This document shows, piece by piece, positions 13,501 to 27,259 of a stretch of 64,000 nucleotides of DNA (the first letter of the stretch is position 1; each line of letters opens with the position of its first letter). A program made the position numbers and the translations under genes. Origin of the DNA: Octopus vulgaris (Eukaryota). Where the stretch lies: the NCBI GenBank assembly GCA_951406725.2, contig OX597820.1:23002001-23066000 (forward strand). The letters run 5' to 3'. A model generated the notes under the pieces. It saw only the letters and a list, made by a program, of their open reading frames with translations, searched no databases and was not told where the DNA came from.

Positions 13501-15577
13501 AAGCTGCATGCTTATCATGGTTAAAGGTGTTGTGTCTTTAATCGTTTATTTCAGTCACTGGACTGTGGTCATTTTGGCGCACCACTTTGAAGAGTTTGGT
13601 CAAACAAATCAACTCCAGTACCTGTTTTGAAATCTGGCACTTATTCTAATGATCTTTTTTGTGAGGACATAAACAAACCAACAACAGTTGTCAAGTGTTG
13701 GGGGCTACAAATACACACACATATATACATGATAAGCTTCTATACAGCTTCCATCTCCCGAATTCAGTCACAAGGTGCCATGCAGTGGGACTGAACTTGA
13801 AATCACATGGTTGCAAAGCGAACGTCTTTACCAATCATAAGGTTTTGCTGTTGAAACAGACAAGATTGATTTATCTCCATTATAAGAGGCTTTTAGGGTC
13901 TGTATTCATGGAATCCATACAGGACTGATGTGTGGTGGCAAGGCAAGTGAATAATTCATGGCTGGGGAAGATTACAGAAGACTGAAGAATAGAGTCATCC
14001 ACATAAGAGTGGCACTGATGGATTTGATGATAATTAAGTTATTGATGAACAGAAGGAAGAAAGCCAAATGTCTTGCAAACAACTTGTACATGCAAGTGCT
14101 ACCAGTCAAAAACTCCACATACCAGAAGCCAGCAAGTGTATGGGGTCAACAGGAGGGAATGCGCGCTGTTTCGGGGCCTACCTCTCGAAGCAAAACCCTA
14201 GAGCATGCCAAAGTTGACAGAATGAGGGACAAAAAGAGCTCCCTTAACACATGCTGTGAGAGTAAGCTCTAATACAAAACTATCCAAACCAAAGACAAAT
14301 AATGACTGAAGTCCACTGGAAAGTAAGTTTCAGTAAGAGATCCTTTTTTTCATAATAAATTTGTTTATTCAAAGTAAATGTTAAATTTGAAAGAGTCACA
14401 CGATGTGCTAGACAGTTAAAAGCTTCACTGATATAACAACACTTCATCATAGCAACAGTTAATTGCCAGGTGACATAAAAGTGCAAGTCCTGTGTGGATC
14501 TGGTATAGCAGAAAGTATACTAGTGGTCACTAAGGGGAGAGAAGTATTCGAGATGTCACAGGTTGTATCTGTTAATGGTTGGCAAGACCAGAGATACCAA
14601 CATACATGCATGTATACCATTATCATTATTGTTTGATGCCCATCTTTCCGTGCTTGCATGGGTTGGATGGAATTTGCTGAGGTGGATTTTCTACAGCCTG
14701 ATGCCCTTCCTGTAACCAACACACATTTGTTTCCAAGTACGGTAATGTTTCTCCATGACTAGACATGTTTCCTTGCAAGACTGAAAATGAAGGTCATTGC
14801 TTGCATGATGGTGACACTCATTTACAACTATCACAACAAGTCGAGGAAAGTAGGCAGTAACACACATACATATGAGTGTGTACGTGTGTACATGAGAGAG
14901 TTCTTTCAATTTCTGTCAATCAAATCCACTCACCAATGCTTTGGTTGGCCCAGTGGGATTGTGCCACACAGTGGGACTGAACCAAAAGACTACATGGTTG
15001 GGAAGCAAGCTTCTTACCAGAGCCACAATCATCATCATCATCATCATTTAATGTCTGTTTTCCAAACTGACATGGCTAGGAATGGTTTGTCAGGAGCTGG
15101 AAAGTCAGAAGGCTGCACTAAGATCTGTCAGTTTTGGCAGGGTTTCTACAGCTGGATGCCCTTCTTAATGCCAACCACTTTACAAAGTGGCACCTGCATC
15201 AGTGATGTCACCAAGTAACTTACAGGACAAAACCTCTCAACTGGAAGTGGGGGGTAGTATTGAGGAAGAGAAAAGGTGACTTGCATTAGAAAAGAAAAAT
15301 GGCAGATGTTGTGATGGGGAGAGAGGGAGACACTCAAGTTACAGAGTGGTGTACACAGTGAAGTGGACCAGGGATTGGAGTGAGTGAGTGGGTTCACTAC
15401 ATTTGAAAAGGAGAGTGGGAGCTAGAAGTGGGGGTGTTGTAATGAGTGGGCATTGGGAGAGGGAGGATATATTAGGAAAATATTTTGTGGGGAAGGGATT
15501 TAACAGGGCATATTGTATGCACATAGGTACACGAGAGGGTGGGAATACACACACACACATCCATTTGAATACAGGCA

Positions 15578-15620
<43 letters not shown>

Positions 15621-16362
15621 ATGAAGGTGAAATTAATTAATTTGGAATAATTATCAATTACACCAAAGTAGTCTTCGGCATGTAAAAGCCTCATTCGAGG
15701 AAAATTTAAGTATATATATATATATAAAAAACCCAAGCTAGCATGAAAAGTAAATGTAACTTTCTGCTGATTAAAAAGAGAAAAGAAAAAAAAACTATGA
15801 GTGCATGTGTGTTTGTGTACAAAAACTTTGTAGAATAGAATATAAGTGAACTCACAAAGAAAGATTTCCTGTCACAAACAGAGTGGTATTTCTGAAAAGG
15901 TTTTCAGCACTATACTTTCTCAATATCTCAAAAAATATCTAGTATATTATCAATGGTCTTATTTTTCATTTAGATTGCCTGTACATTAAAAACATTAGCC
16001 AGTACCACCGATAAAATTAAATTGAAAACTAATGCTTTGCAAACTAATTTCATAATAGTTATTATTGTATACCTTAAGCCTCCTGACTAGCCTAATCTTT
16101 TATGCAATGGTGATGATTAAAGTTAAATGGTCATGTAGTGTCATGATACAATATTTAGGCCTAAAAAGTAAAGGATTAGATTGTGCTTTTGTAAGACGAT
16201 TAGCTTAAATCCTTTTTTTATTTTTTTGTTATTACTTTCGTACAGAAATTGTTGGATGGATACAATTTTTATTTAAACATATTGGCATAAATAGTATACA
16301 ATGTTTTTGCATGTACCTCTCTGTCTCTCTCTCTCTATCTCTCTCTCTCTATATATATACCT

Positions 16363-16970
16363 TCATCATTATTGTTTAACGTCCGTTTTCCATGCTGGCA
16401 TGGGTTGGACGGTTTGACTGGGGACTGGCAAGGTTTCTACAGCTGGGTGCCCTTCCTAACACCAACCATTCCAAGAGTGTAGTGGGTGCTTTTTATGTGC
16501 CACCAGCACAGGAGCTGGCCAGGGTGGGGACTGGCATCGACCATGATTGGATGGTGCTTTTTACATGCCATCAGTACAGGAGCCAACTGGGGAGGTGGGG
16601 GACTGGATGGCATTGACCACATTCAGATGGCGCTTTTTACATGCCAGCGGCACAGGGGGCCAGTCAGGCAGCAATGGCATCAACCCACGCTTCAATGGTG
16701 CATATTACGTGCCACCAGCACAGGTGTCAGTCAGGCGGCAGTGGCATCGGCCACAACTACAACTTACATATTCATTTCGATCTTAATTTGTTTTTGATTT
16801 CTGATTTTATTTGACTCAATAGGCCGCCCGATTATTCAAAAGTACTTTTAAATGGGCTGGTTATGCGACACTGGAATAGGCTACAGCTGTGATCCTACTT
16901 TACTTGCCAGGTCTTCTCAATCACAGCATATCTCCAAAGGACTCGGTCTCTTCTCATTGCCTCTTCGATT
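16363..16970 (-). mobile_element. 5'-truncated RTE 3'UTR copy
   Basis: Same 3'UTR and (ATG)n tail as 31430-32294. Other copies at ~12700-12880, 15025-15220, 42127-42368, 43364-43740, 45708-46060, 47500-47742, 51560-51855, 54080-54610, 59148-59560 and 59820-60020. Confidence 0.8.
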
Positions 16971-17133
16971 GCCTATACATAATCAACTGAAATTGTGAGG
17001 ATAATCTGGTGCTTGACTGAGAAAAGAAAACTTCGAATGACCCATTATTGTTTTCTTTGTATCGTCTATCTGGACGTTTTGTTATCCCATTTTTGTATCA
17101 CCTAGCTGTCCAGATGCTTTGCACTCTAGTCCC

Positions 17134-17207
<74 letters not shown>

Positions 17208-17317
17208 TGTATGTATGTATGTATACATATATACATATCAGGGTGCAGGTGTTAATATATAGAAATATGACAAAAATCCATAGCTGTGAAAGATTTCAAA
17301 ACATTTATAAAGACAGG

Positions 17318-17365
17318 GCCTTACAGCTGTTCCCAGGATATTTTATAAATCCCTTCATCGGAGAC
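17318..17365 (-). ncRNA. Minimal type I hammerhead-ribozyme-like motif (degenerate, A13G), inverted partner of 17509-17556
   Basis: Reverse complement GTCT-CCGATGA-AGGGATTTATAAAATATCCTG-GGAA-CAGCTG-TA-AGGC. Confidence 0.55.
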
Positions 17366-17508
17366 AGTGTAAGAAAATGGTTATGCTTAAATAATGGAAC
17401 TGCAGATACAATATACCTACATATTTCACGTCTGTTTTCATTCCTTCACTTCATTCTCTATTTCACATCTTCTCTAGAATAACTATTGCTTAACCATTCT
17501 CTCGCACC

Positions 17509-17556
17509 GTCTCCAATGAAGGTATATATAAAATATCCCTGAAACAGCTGTAAGAC
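17509..17556 (+). ncRNA. Minimal type I hammerhead-ribozyme-like motif (degenerate, G5A)
   Basis: GTCT-CCAATGA-AGGTATAT/ATAAA/ATATCCCT-GAAA-CAGCTG-TA-AGAC: stem I GTCT/AGAC, stem II, palindromic stem III, GUA cleavage triplet. Confidence 0.6.
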
Positions 17557-17870
17557 CTCATTATAAATGTTCTGAAATATTTCACAGCCTTGGATTTTTA
17601 TCTCATTCTATGAACTTTATATATATATATATATATACACATCTATATATGCTTAAATATATATACATAAACATATCTACATACATATACACAGAGATAT
17701 ATCGACATACATATACATAAATATAGATACATATAAACACAAAAATATATACATACATATATACAAATATATATATACATATACATGTTTATATATATAT
17801 GTACATACACTTATACATACAAATAAACATACATATATATATGCATATACATACAAACATATACGCGTTT

Positions 17871-18316
17871 ACTCTTTTACTTGTTTCAGTCATTTGACTG
17901 TGGCCATACTGGAGCACTGCATTTAGTCAAGCAAATCATTGCCAGGACGTATTCTTTGTAAGCCAAGTACATATTATATCCGTCCTTTTGCTGAACTGCT
18001 AAGTAACAGGGAGGTAAACACACCAGCATCGGTTTTCATGCGATGTTGGGGGGATGGCATACAGCTGTAGAAACTCTGCCAAATCAAGACTGGAGCCTGG
18101 TACAGCCATCTGGTTCGCCAGCCCTCAGTCAAAATCATCCAAGCCATGCTAGCATGGAAAGCGGACGTTAAACGATGATGATGATGATACAGACTTGTAT
18201 ACAACGGGTTTCTTTCAGTTATCATCTGTTAAATCCACTCACAAGGCTTTGGTCGACCCGAAACTATAGTAGAAGACACATGCCCAAGGTACCACACAGT
18301 GGGACTGAACCCACAG
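17871..18316 (-). mobile_element. Family 1 SINE with an RTE 3'-end inserted in opposite orientation (~18055-18188)
   Basis: SINE sequence is interrupted by GGCATACAGCTGTAGAAAC...CGGACGTTAAAC(GAT)n. Confidence 0.75.
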
Positions 18317-18341
18317 CATATATATGTACACATATGCATAC

Positions 18342-18390
<49 letters not shown>

Positions 18391-18894
18391 TAATTAAAAG
18401 TTTACATATACATACACATATGTATATGTGCATCTATATATATATATATACAGATGCATATCTACATACATACATGCATATATATATATTCATATATACC
18501 AAGATGCATATATATATATATATATATCTACATAGATGCATATATATATACACATACATATCTACATAGATGCGTATATATATTGATAAATATATACACA
18601 TATATATATACATGTGCATATATATAGATATGCATGTATATATGTATTTACATGCATATATAGATAAACATACATATATATATATACATACATACACATA
18701 TGTATATATACATACATATATAGATAAACATACATATACATATGTATATATACATACATATATAGATAAACATACATATATATATATACATACATACACA
18801 TATGTATATATACATACATATATATTTACATACAAATATAGATAAACATACATATATATATACATACATATATGTATATATACATACATATATA

Positions 18895-19300
18895 TTTACA
18901 TCTATATATACATATATATATATACATCTATATATACATATATATATACATCTATATATACATCTATATATACATCTATATATACATCTATATATACATC
19001 TATATATACATCTATATATACATCTATATATACATGTATATATACATCTATATATACATATATATATACATCTATATATACATCTATATATACATCTATA
19101 TATACATATATATATACATCTATATATACATCTATATATACATATATATATACATATATATATACATCTATATATACATATATATATACATATATATATA
19201 CATCTATATATACATATATATATACATCTATATATACATATATATATACATCTATATATACATCTATATATACATATATATATACATCTATATATATATA
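18895..19300. repeat. 12-bp tandem repeat with two alternating variants
   Basis: CATCTATATATA and CATATATATATA units in strict 12-bp register. Confidence 0.9.
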
Positions 19301-19666
19301 TATATACATCTATACATATATATATATATATAACATATATACATATATATATACATCTATATATGTACATATCTGTATACATACGTCTACATATATATAT
19401 ATACGTGCATATATATATATATACATACACACACACATATCCATATACATAGAACCATATATATGTATATACATTCATATATATATAAATCCACATATAT
19501 ACAAGCATATATATATTCACACCCATACATACATGTATTATATCTATACATATACACATGTATATATATACGTCCATATATATACATCTATATATATATG
19601 CATACATATACACACATCTATATATATATAAATTCATGTGTATATATACACATATATAAATTCATA

Positions 19667-19713
<47 letters not shown>

Positions 19714-19897
19714 ATATATATATGCATATATATATGCATATATACATACATATGTACATATACACATCCATATATATATACATGCATACATATACAAGCA
19801 CATATACACACACACATATACGCATATAGACGTGTACATGTATATGTATACACATGGATATATATATACATGGTTATACATATACATGGATATAAAT

Positions 19898-19929
<32 letters not shown>

Positions 19930-21161
19930 GTGTATATATGCATGTATATACATGTGTATATCTATATATATACATATACATGCATATGTATATACATATA
20001 TATGTATACACACATGCATATACACACATGTATATATATATGCACATGTATATATACATTTACACATAAGTATACATACATATATATATATACACACACA
20101 TATATTCATAAATGCATATATATACATGCATATACATACATATATATATACATGCATATATATATACATATATATACATGCATATACATATATATACATA
20201 TACATGCATATACATATATATACATGCATATACATACATATATATACATGCATATACATACATATATATATATACATGCATATATATATATATATACATG
20301 CATATATATATACATATATATATACATGCATATATATACACATATATTCATGCATATATATACACATATATTCATGCATATATATACACATATATTCATG
20401 CATATATATATATACACATATATTCATGCATATATATACACATACACATATATTCATGCATATATATATACATATATACTTATTCATATACATGCAAATA
20501 TATACTTATATATTTACATGCATATATATATACATACATACATGCATATAATATATATACACACATGTATATATATATATACACACAAGTATATATATAT
20601 ATACATATGCATATAATATATATACATATGCATATAATATATATACATATGCATATAATATATATACATATGCATACAATATATATATACACATGCATAT
20701 AATATATACATATACACATGCATATAATATATACATATACACATGCATATAATATATACATATACACATGCATATATACACACATATATATACATGCATA
20801 TACATATATCTATGTGCATACATATACTTATATATATATATATATGCATATATACACTTATATATATACATGCATATATATACTTATCTATATAAATGCA
20901 TAAAATATATATATACACATGCATATATATTATGTATATATATGTATTTATATATACATATATGTATATATATATATTTATATATACATATATGTATATA
21001 TATATATATAGGTATACACACACACACATATATACATACAAGGCACACACACCGATAGTGAAGCAACTCAAGGTAGTTTCTTCTACAATAGCTCCAGGCC
21101 AGCAAAGATGTGTGAATCGTGAGATAAGAAACTAAATGAAGCCTATTATGTGTATGTGTAT

Positions 21162-21193
<32 letters not shown>

Positions 21194-22290
21194 GTTAATA
21201 AAATAGAACATATGCATATATATAAACATATATGTACGTACCTACCTCTACATGTACATATACACGCATATATGTGTACAGGACACCAAAAAGACGTCGA
21301 ACACATAGAGAGACGAAAAACATAGACACAAACCAAGGAACAGGACAAGCAAAAAAGAAAAAAGAGATACAGGACAAAAAGCACAACGAAAAATCCCCTT
21401 CTTCAGTCGCTAAGGTTTCATCTACTCTACGTTTCGAAGGATAAAAGCGAGACGTATACTTCGAAGAAACTTCCTTCCTGCGAAAAGCAAATCAATTAAA
21501 ATTCTGTGTATATATATATACACATACACACGAGTATATATATATATACATACCTACATACATACACACTTATGTATACATATACATACACACACTTATG
21601 CACATACACTTGAGTATATATATACAATGTCCAACCCATACAAATATGGTACAAGGACATTAAAATATAATGAAATACACGTACAAATACACATATACAT
21701 GCACACCAAAAGAAATGTATACATATAAACATGTATACACACACATAATCACATATATAAATAATTACTCGTATACATTCATATGCATATACATAAATAC
21801 ACACATTTGTAATATATATATGTAAATATATATATTAAACATACATTTATCCAAACTCATACACACACGGCCACACAGGTAAATACTTAAAAAATATTCG
21901 CATACATACCTATATACATACATGTTTATATATGTTTTATAAACATATATTTTCTATACATATACAAAGAATATATATATACACGCATTTAACATATGCA
22001 TACTCACACAGACCCACATACAAACATGCATTCATGGAAACCTATATACATATATGCATTAAACAAGCATATATATATGTATATATATATATATATATAT
22101 GTATGTATATATATATATATATACACACACATAAAATCGTGTTTGTGTGTGTGTATAAAACAAATGTTCACACACACGTATACACATATATGCATCAATA
22201 TATACTTACACAAATACATATATAAATATAGATACACGCACACACATTTCTGTGTGTATACATACATATATATTTGTGTGCATAATAAAT

Positions 22291-22357
<67 letters not shown>

Positions 22358-23069
22358 TATAGTAATACACACACACACATACATGCACATATATGTACGT
22401 ATACATACACATAAGTATAAACACACACAAATATATATGTATGTATTTTTGTGTTATATACTGATATACTTCATCAAATCTATTACAGACAAAATATTCT
22501 TAATACAACCATTGCGATATTCAAATTCCCAACGAAACATCAGAAACGAATTAGTAGGAAAAACGTCATTTTTACATGTAGGTGCATATATAAGCAACAA
22601 TCACAAGACAACAGACATAAGACTTTACTCTCGCCACTGTTCTATGTTACTAATTGAAATAATCAATTTGAATAGGCCAGAGAAATAATACCACATTCAA
22701 AGACAATTATTAAAAGCATTATTTATTCAGAAAACAGATTGTGTGTTTTTTTTTCTCTTCTTGTTCAATATTCGTTTTCTTCAATTTGATTATAGTATTT
22801 ATTATATGACATTGTAATATATCCGAGTCCATTTTTCCTGACTGAGAGAGAGAGAGATGAAACGAACAGCATTCGTGTATCAACATTAATAATCTTAATT
22901 TTAGCCATCGTGAATTCATTATACTCTGTATACACACACACATAGAGAATTTTATAAATATAATTTAATATATTGAATCAGGACTTCTATGCCACATCTT
23001 TATATAAATATATACCGTTATATAATACATTATATGCACATATATGTATAATATTTATATGCATATATA

Positions 23070-23620
23070 TATATACGTTTATATATATATATGCATATAT
23101 ATATATACATACGTTTATATATATATATGCATATATATACATACGTTTATATATATATATGCATATATATACATACGTTTATATATATATATGCATATAT
23201 ATACATACGTTTATATATATATATGCATATATATACATACGTTTATATATATATATGCATATATATACATACGTTTATATATATATATGCATATATATAC
23301 ATACGTTTATATATATATATGCATATATATACATACGTTTATATACATATATGCATATATATACATACGTTTATATACATATATGCATATATATACATAC
23401 GTTTATATACATATATGCATATATATACATACGTTTATATATATATATGCATATATATACATACGTTTATATATATATATGCATATATATACATACGTTT
23501 ATATATATATATGCATATATATACATACGTTTATATATATATATGCATATATATACATACGTTTATATATATATACGTTTATATATACATACGTTTATAT
23601 ATATATACGTTTATATATAT
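23070..23620. repeat. 32-bp minisatellite, ~16 copies
   Basis: Unit ATACGTTTATATATATATATGCATATATATAC; ACGTTT recurs at 23111, 23143, 23175, 23207 and onward. Confidence 0.92.
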
Positions 23621-24049
23621 ATGCATATATATACACACACATAAATAAAATTATATAATACATATAATATACATGCACGTAAATTTATAATATATACATA
23701 TACATTTATATATATATATATATATATATATAGCTAAAAAGATACATATACATAGATACATGTATTTGCTTATACCCATACATCCAAATGCGTATATATG
23801 TATGTATAAATATATATTTTCATGCATGCATATACAAACATAAGAGTGTATAGGTATATAAACGTTTACCAATGTAAGTAGTATATAATTATGTATATAA
23901 AATATTTTTATACGTGCAACCACACACATGCATATATATATATATATAATTATATAATTTAAAATATATTTACACACACATATGAATGTATATGCACACA
24001 CTCATTATATATACATACATATATATGTATATGCACACACTCATTATAT

Positions 24050-24080
<31 letters not shown>

Positions 24081-24399
24081 ATCTCCATCCTTCCCCAGAA
24101 TTCCCTCAGACAAGCAACAAGTAGATCTCTTAGATCTCTTGAATTTCTGCAGCTTCTTTAGAGAGAAATTGGATCCAAATGTTGTCCAAGGTTTTATAGA
24201 ATCAAACGTCATTTCGACAAATCGATGACAGAATATGAAGATGACTAAGGCAACAACCGCACAAGAAATTTCAACACGGAACATATTTACACCAAAAAGA
24301 AGAACAATCCCACTACGAATTTAATATATTCTGAATAACTTTGCTTGCTCTCTATACTGATATCGGTATATATGTATTTATTGGTCAAGTAGATTTATA

Positions 24400-24452
<53 letters not shown>

Positions 24453-24835
24453 TGATCTCAGTGATGTAAATGAGATTTTTGCCTTTCTTATCTTTTCTTT
24501 TCCCGTTTTTTTTTTCTTTCTTTCATTTTTTTTTTTTTTGCGGAAGAATGCTTAGGCACCGGCAATAGAGATACATATATATATATATATATATTTTAAA
24601 AGTACAATTACACATCATCGATGACCTCAAGAGATATCCTATTTAACGAAAGGAAAAAAATATATATACTTAGACTACTGCGATCTTGCAGCTTTTTTGA
24701 TGTGAGCAAGGAGGGGAGAGTATACTATGTTGTAGCTAATTCTATAATGCATGCTGGCTTCAGTAGTGCTACCAATGAGATCACTGACCCAGTGCAATGA
24801 TACTGCATACTGATTGATTACTAAGGGATCACAGC

Positions 24836-24874
<39 letters not shown>

Positions 24875-24964
24875 GCATATATATAATTACACACACAATT
24901 TATATCTACCCATCGACATATAGCTAGGTGTGCGTATTATATATATATATATATACCTACCTAT

Positions 24965-25002
<38 letters not shown>

Positions 25003-25338
25003 CCTACATATATATATAATTATATATATATATATAATTATATATATACATATATATATAATTATATATATATATATAATATATATACACATATATATAA
25101 TTATATATATACATATATATATATAATATATACATACACATAATTATATATATATATATAATATATACATACACATAATTATATATGATTTTAATTTTTG
25201 ATTTTTCCAGTTTCAGCTAATGAGCTGTGGCCATGCTGGGGCACCGCATATATATACATACACATATAATTATATATATATATATATAATATATACATAC
25301 ACATATAATTATATATATATAATATATACATACACATA

Positions 25339-25375
<37 letters not shown>

Positions 25376-26502
25376 CATAGTTATATATACAATATATACA
25401 TATATATGTACACATATATTACATATATATAATATACATATATATGTATGCATATATATATAGAGAGAGAGATTGAGAGAGAGAGAGAGAGAGAGAAAGA
25501 AAGAGAGGGATGGATGGAGGTAAAGATATTAACAAAAATTCAAGCATCTCATCAGGTGCGAAGATTTCACGAACATTAGAAATTGTGAAAATTAATTATA
25601 TCACATACACAACTTCATTTCATGTGTGTGTATGCACAATTGGCATAGACATATAGATATTGTATATCTGAACATATCTACGTTATATATACACACATAT
25701 ATCTATATAACCGAAGTAAATGCTCTCGCTCGAAATCCAGGAACATTAACTTTGAAAATATGATCAAGGTATTATAATTTTATGAGAGAATGTTGACGGA
25801 AACGTTGAGAATAGCAGTTACCCAAGAGGAATACACACACGCGCACATACACACGTATATATATATATATTCCTACTACATATATATATCAACTGACCTT
25901 AACAAGTGTAAACAAAAAGAAAAAGAATATAAATGAAAGAAGAAAACGAAAACGCATACTTAATAGGAGTTATAAAAAGGGGGATCTTTCTATTTATATT
26001 TCTTTCTTCGTAATTTTTCCGGAAGAAATACTTGAATGGTATAAACAACAGCGAGGGTGGATGATATAGCAAGACAACGTTTGAATGTACAGCAGCACCG
26101 ATCGAAGCACTCCATATCTCTTACAAGAATCATTAACATTTAACACACACACACACACACACACACACATCAGTACAGTGAGAGACAGGTATCCTCTAAA
26201 ATCGACCCCTGATATTGTAATCACCGTATCTCTGTACTTTCTACTGACTCATTTGCTAACCATACATGTGCTTCTCTGGGTGTTCTTTAAGTCTTTTTCT
26301 AACTGGGGGGTTACCCTTAGCATCTTTCATATAAAACTTAACAGAACTTCCGGCGTTAATCAATTCTTCTTCTTAATTCTCCATCATTACAACACATCGT
26401 TAAAATCCTTCAACACCCAAGAATGCATATAGTTTTTTTTTTTTAGGTGTTTTTTTTTTACATTTTTAAAGCTATTCTAACTGTCATTTCGTTAATTTAT
26501 AC

Positions 26503-26511
26503 AAAATGGCG
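26503..26511 (+). promoter_or_regulatory. YY1-like motif AAAATGGCG just inside the liprin-alpha intron
   Basis: Exact AAAATGGCG in a CpG-containing, TE-free segment ~115 bp past the donor. Confidence 0.35.
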
Positions 26512-26624
26512 ACGGTATTCCGTGCCCAGTGTCAACTCGAATTCTTAGGTTGGTCCGCATTTACAAGACAAAAAAAGCGGCAGCATCGCCAACTAGAAAC
26601 GTATTAAATGACATATCATCTTAC

Positions 26625-26864
26625 CTGAGGGGTGGTGGCTTGCAACTGTTTTTGAAATGCGTCCCTTTCTCTTTCAACTTCACCTAGTTTTGCTTGGCCT
26701 AGACTGTAAGCTTCTTGGGTCTCACGTAAGGTTTCCATCAACTTGTCGCGCTCGTCCAACATGTTAACCATAAGCTGTTCGAAATTAGCATCATCTTGAG
26801 CACCCTGAGCTTCCCGGTCATTCGACCCATCTTCCGAAATCGTTGGCATCACGTCACACATCAT
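26625..26864 (-). CDS. Liprin-alpha: Liprin-alpha (PPFIA/syd-2 family), first coding exon (80 codons, phase-0 donor)
   Basis: Translation MMCDVMPTISEDGS...ANFEQLMVNMLDERDKLMETLRETQE...LGEVERERDAFQKQLQATTPQ matches the conserved liprin-alpha N-terminus (MMCEVMPTISE...FEQLMVSMLEERDRLL.TLRETQE). Start context TTCAAAATG. The exon ends at CAG|GTAAG (GT at 26624-26623), so the ORF-track 'VR*' is intronic read-through. Confidence 0.96.
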
Positions 26865-27259
26865 TTTGAATGCTTTATATTATGAAGAACTCTACACACG
26901 ATAAATTTAAGGGGAAAATATCCGAATGAAATGGCTCTTTTGGTTTTCTAATCCTTTTTTAAATATCTTCTCTCTTTTAAAAAGTAAAAATTCCTACTAA
27001 CCACCACCACAGGGAAAGATCATACACAAACTGTTGTTATAATTCTAGGTAAAACACACACTCCACAGAGATCCGCCTACGTTTATCCATATTTTCTGCA
27101 ACATAAAATCCTAATCTTTCCGTTTAGATATGTCATGAAAATGTACATCTCTCTCATCTCAAGTTTATGTGACAAGAATCGTTGAGAATCATACTGAGGG
27201 GCTCCGGTGTCCTTCCCAGAGAGGGCAGTAACAGTTATCCCTCACACAGAAACCCTTTC

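Larger units (their letters stand above)
17239..17616. mobile_element. Inverted-repeat element embedded in microsatellites, probably Penelope-like-element derived
   Basis: Arms ~17272-17393 and ~17484-17599 are reverse complements, each holding a hammerhead-like motif. Flanked by (TA)n/(TG)n tracts. Confidence 0.6.
17135..25500. repeat. ~8 kb compound TA/CA microsatellite and minisatellite field
   Basis: Near-continuous (TA)n, (TACA)n and (TATGCA)n-type tracts with short unique islands; source of the long YI/HI-repeat ORFs. Confidence 0.97.
1..26624 (-). other. Intron following the first liprin-alpha coding exon (continues beyond the window start)
   Basis: Starts at the GTAAG donor. The expected next exon (EFA.LTKELN...ELKAERNNTR-like) was not seen anywhere in 1-26624. 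Confidence 0.75.

Noticed and set aside
23070-23620. 32-bp periodic array as a CRISPR-like locus
   Set aside because: Head-to-tail identical units with no unique spacers, eukaryotic context, and no cas genes.
18175-25453. Many long ORFs (up to 362 aa) rich in Y/I/H/C/M
   Set aside because: Translations of TA/CA microsatellites that lack stop codons by composition; open in several frames on both strands.
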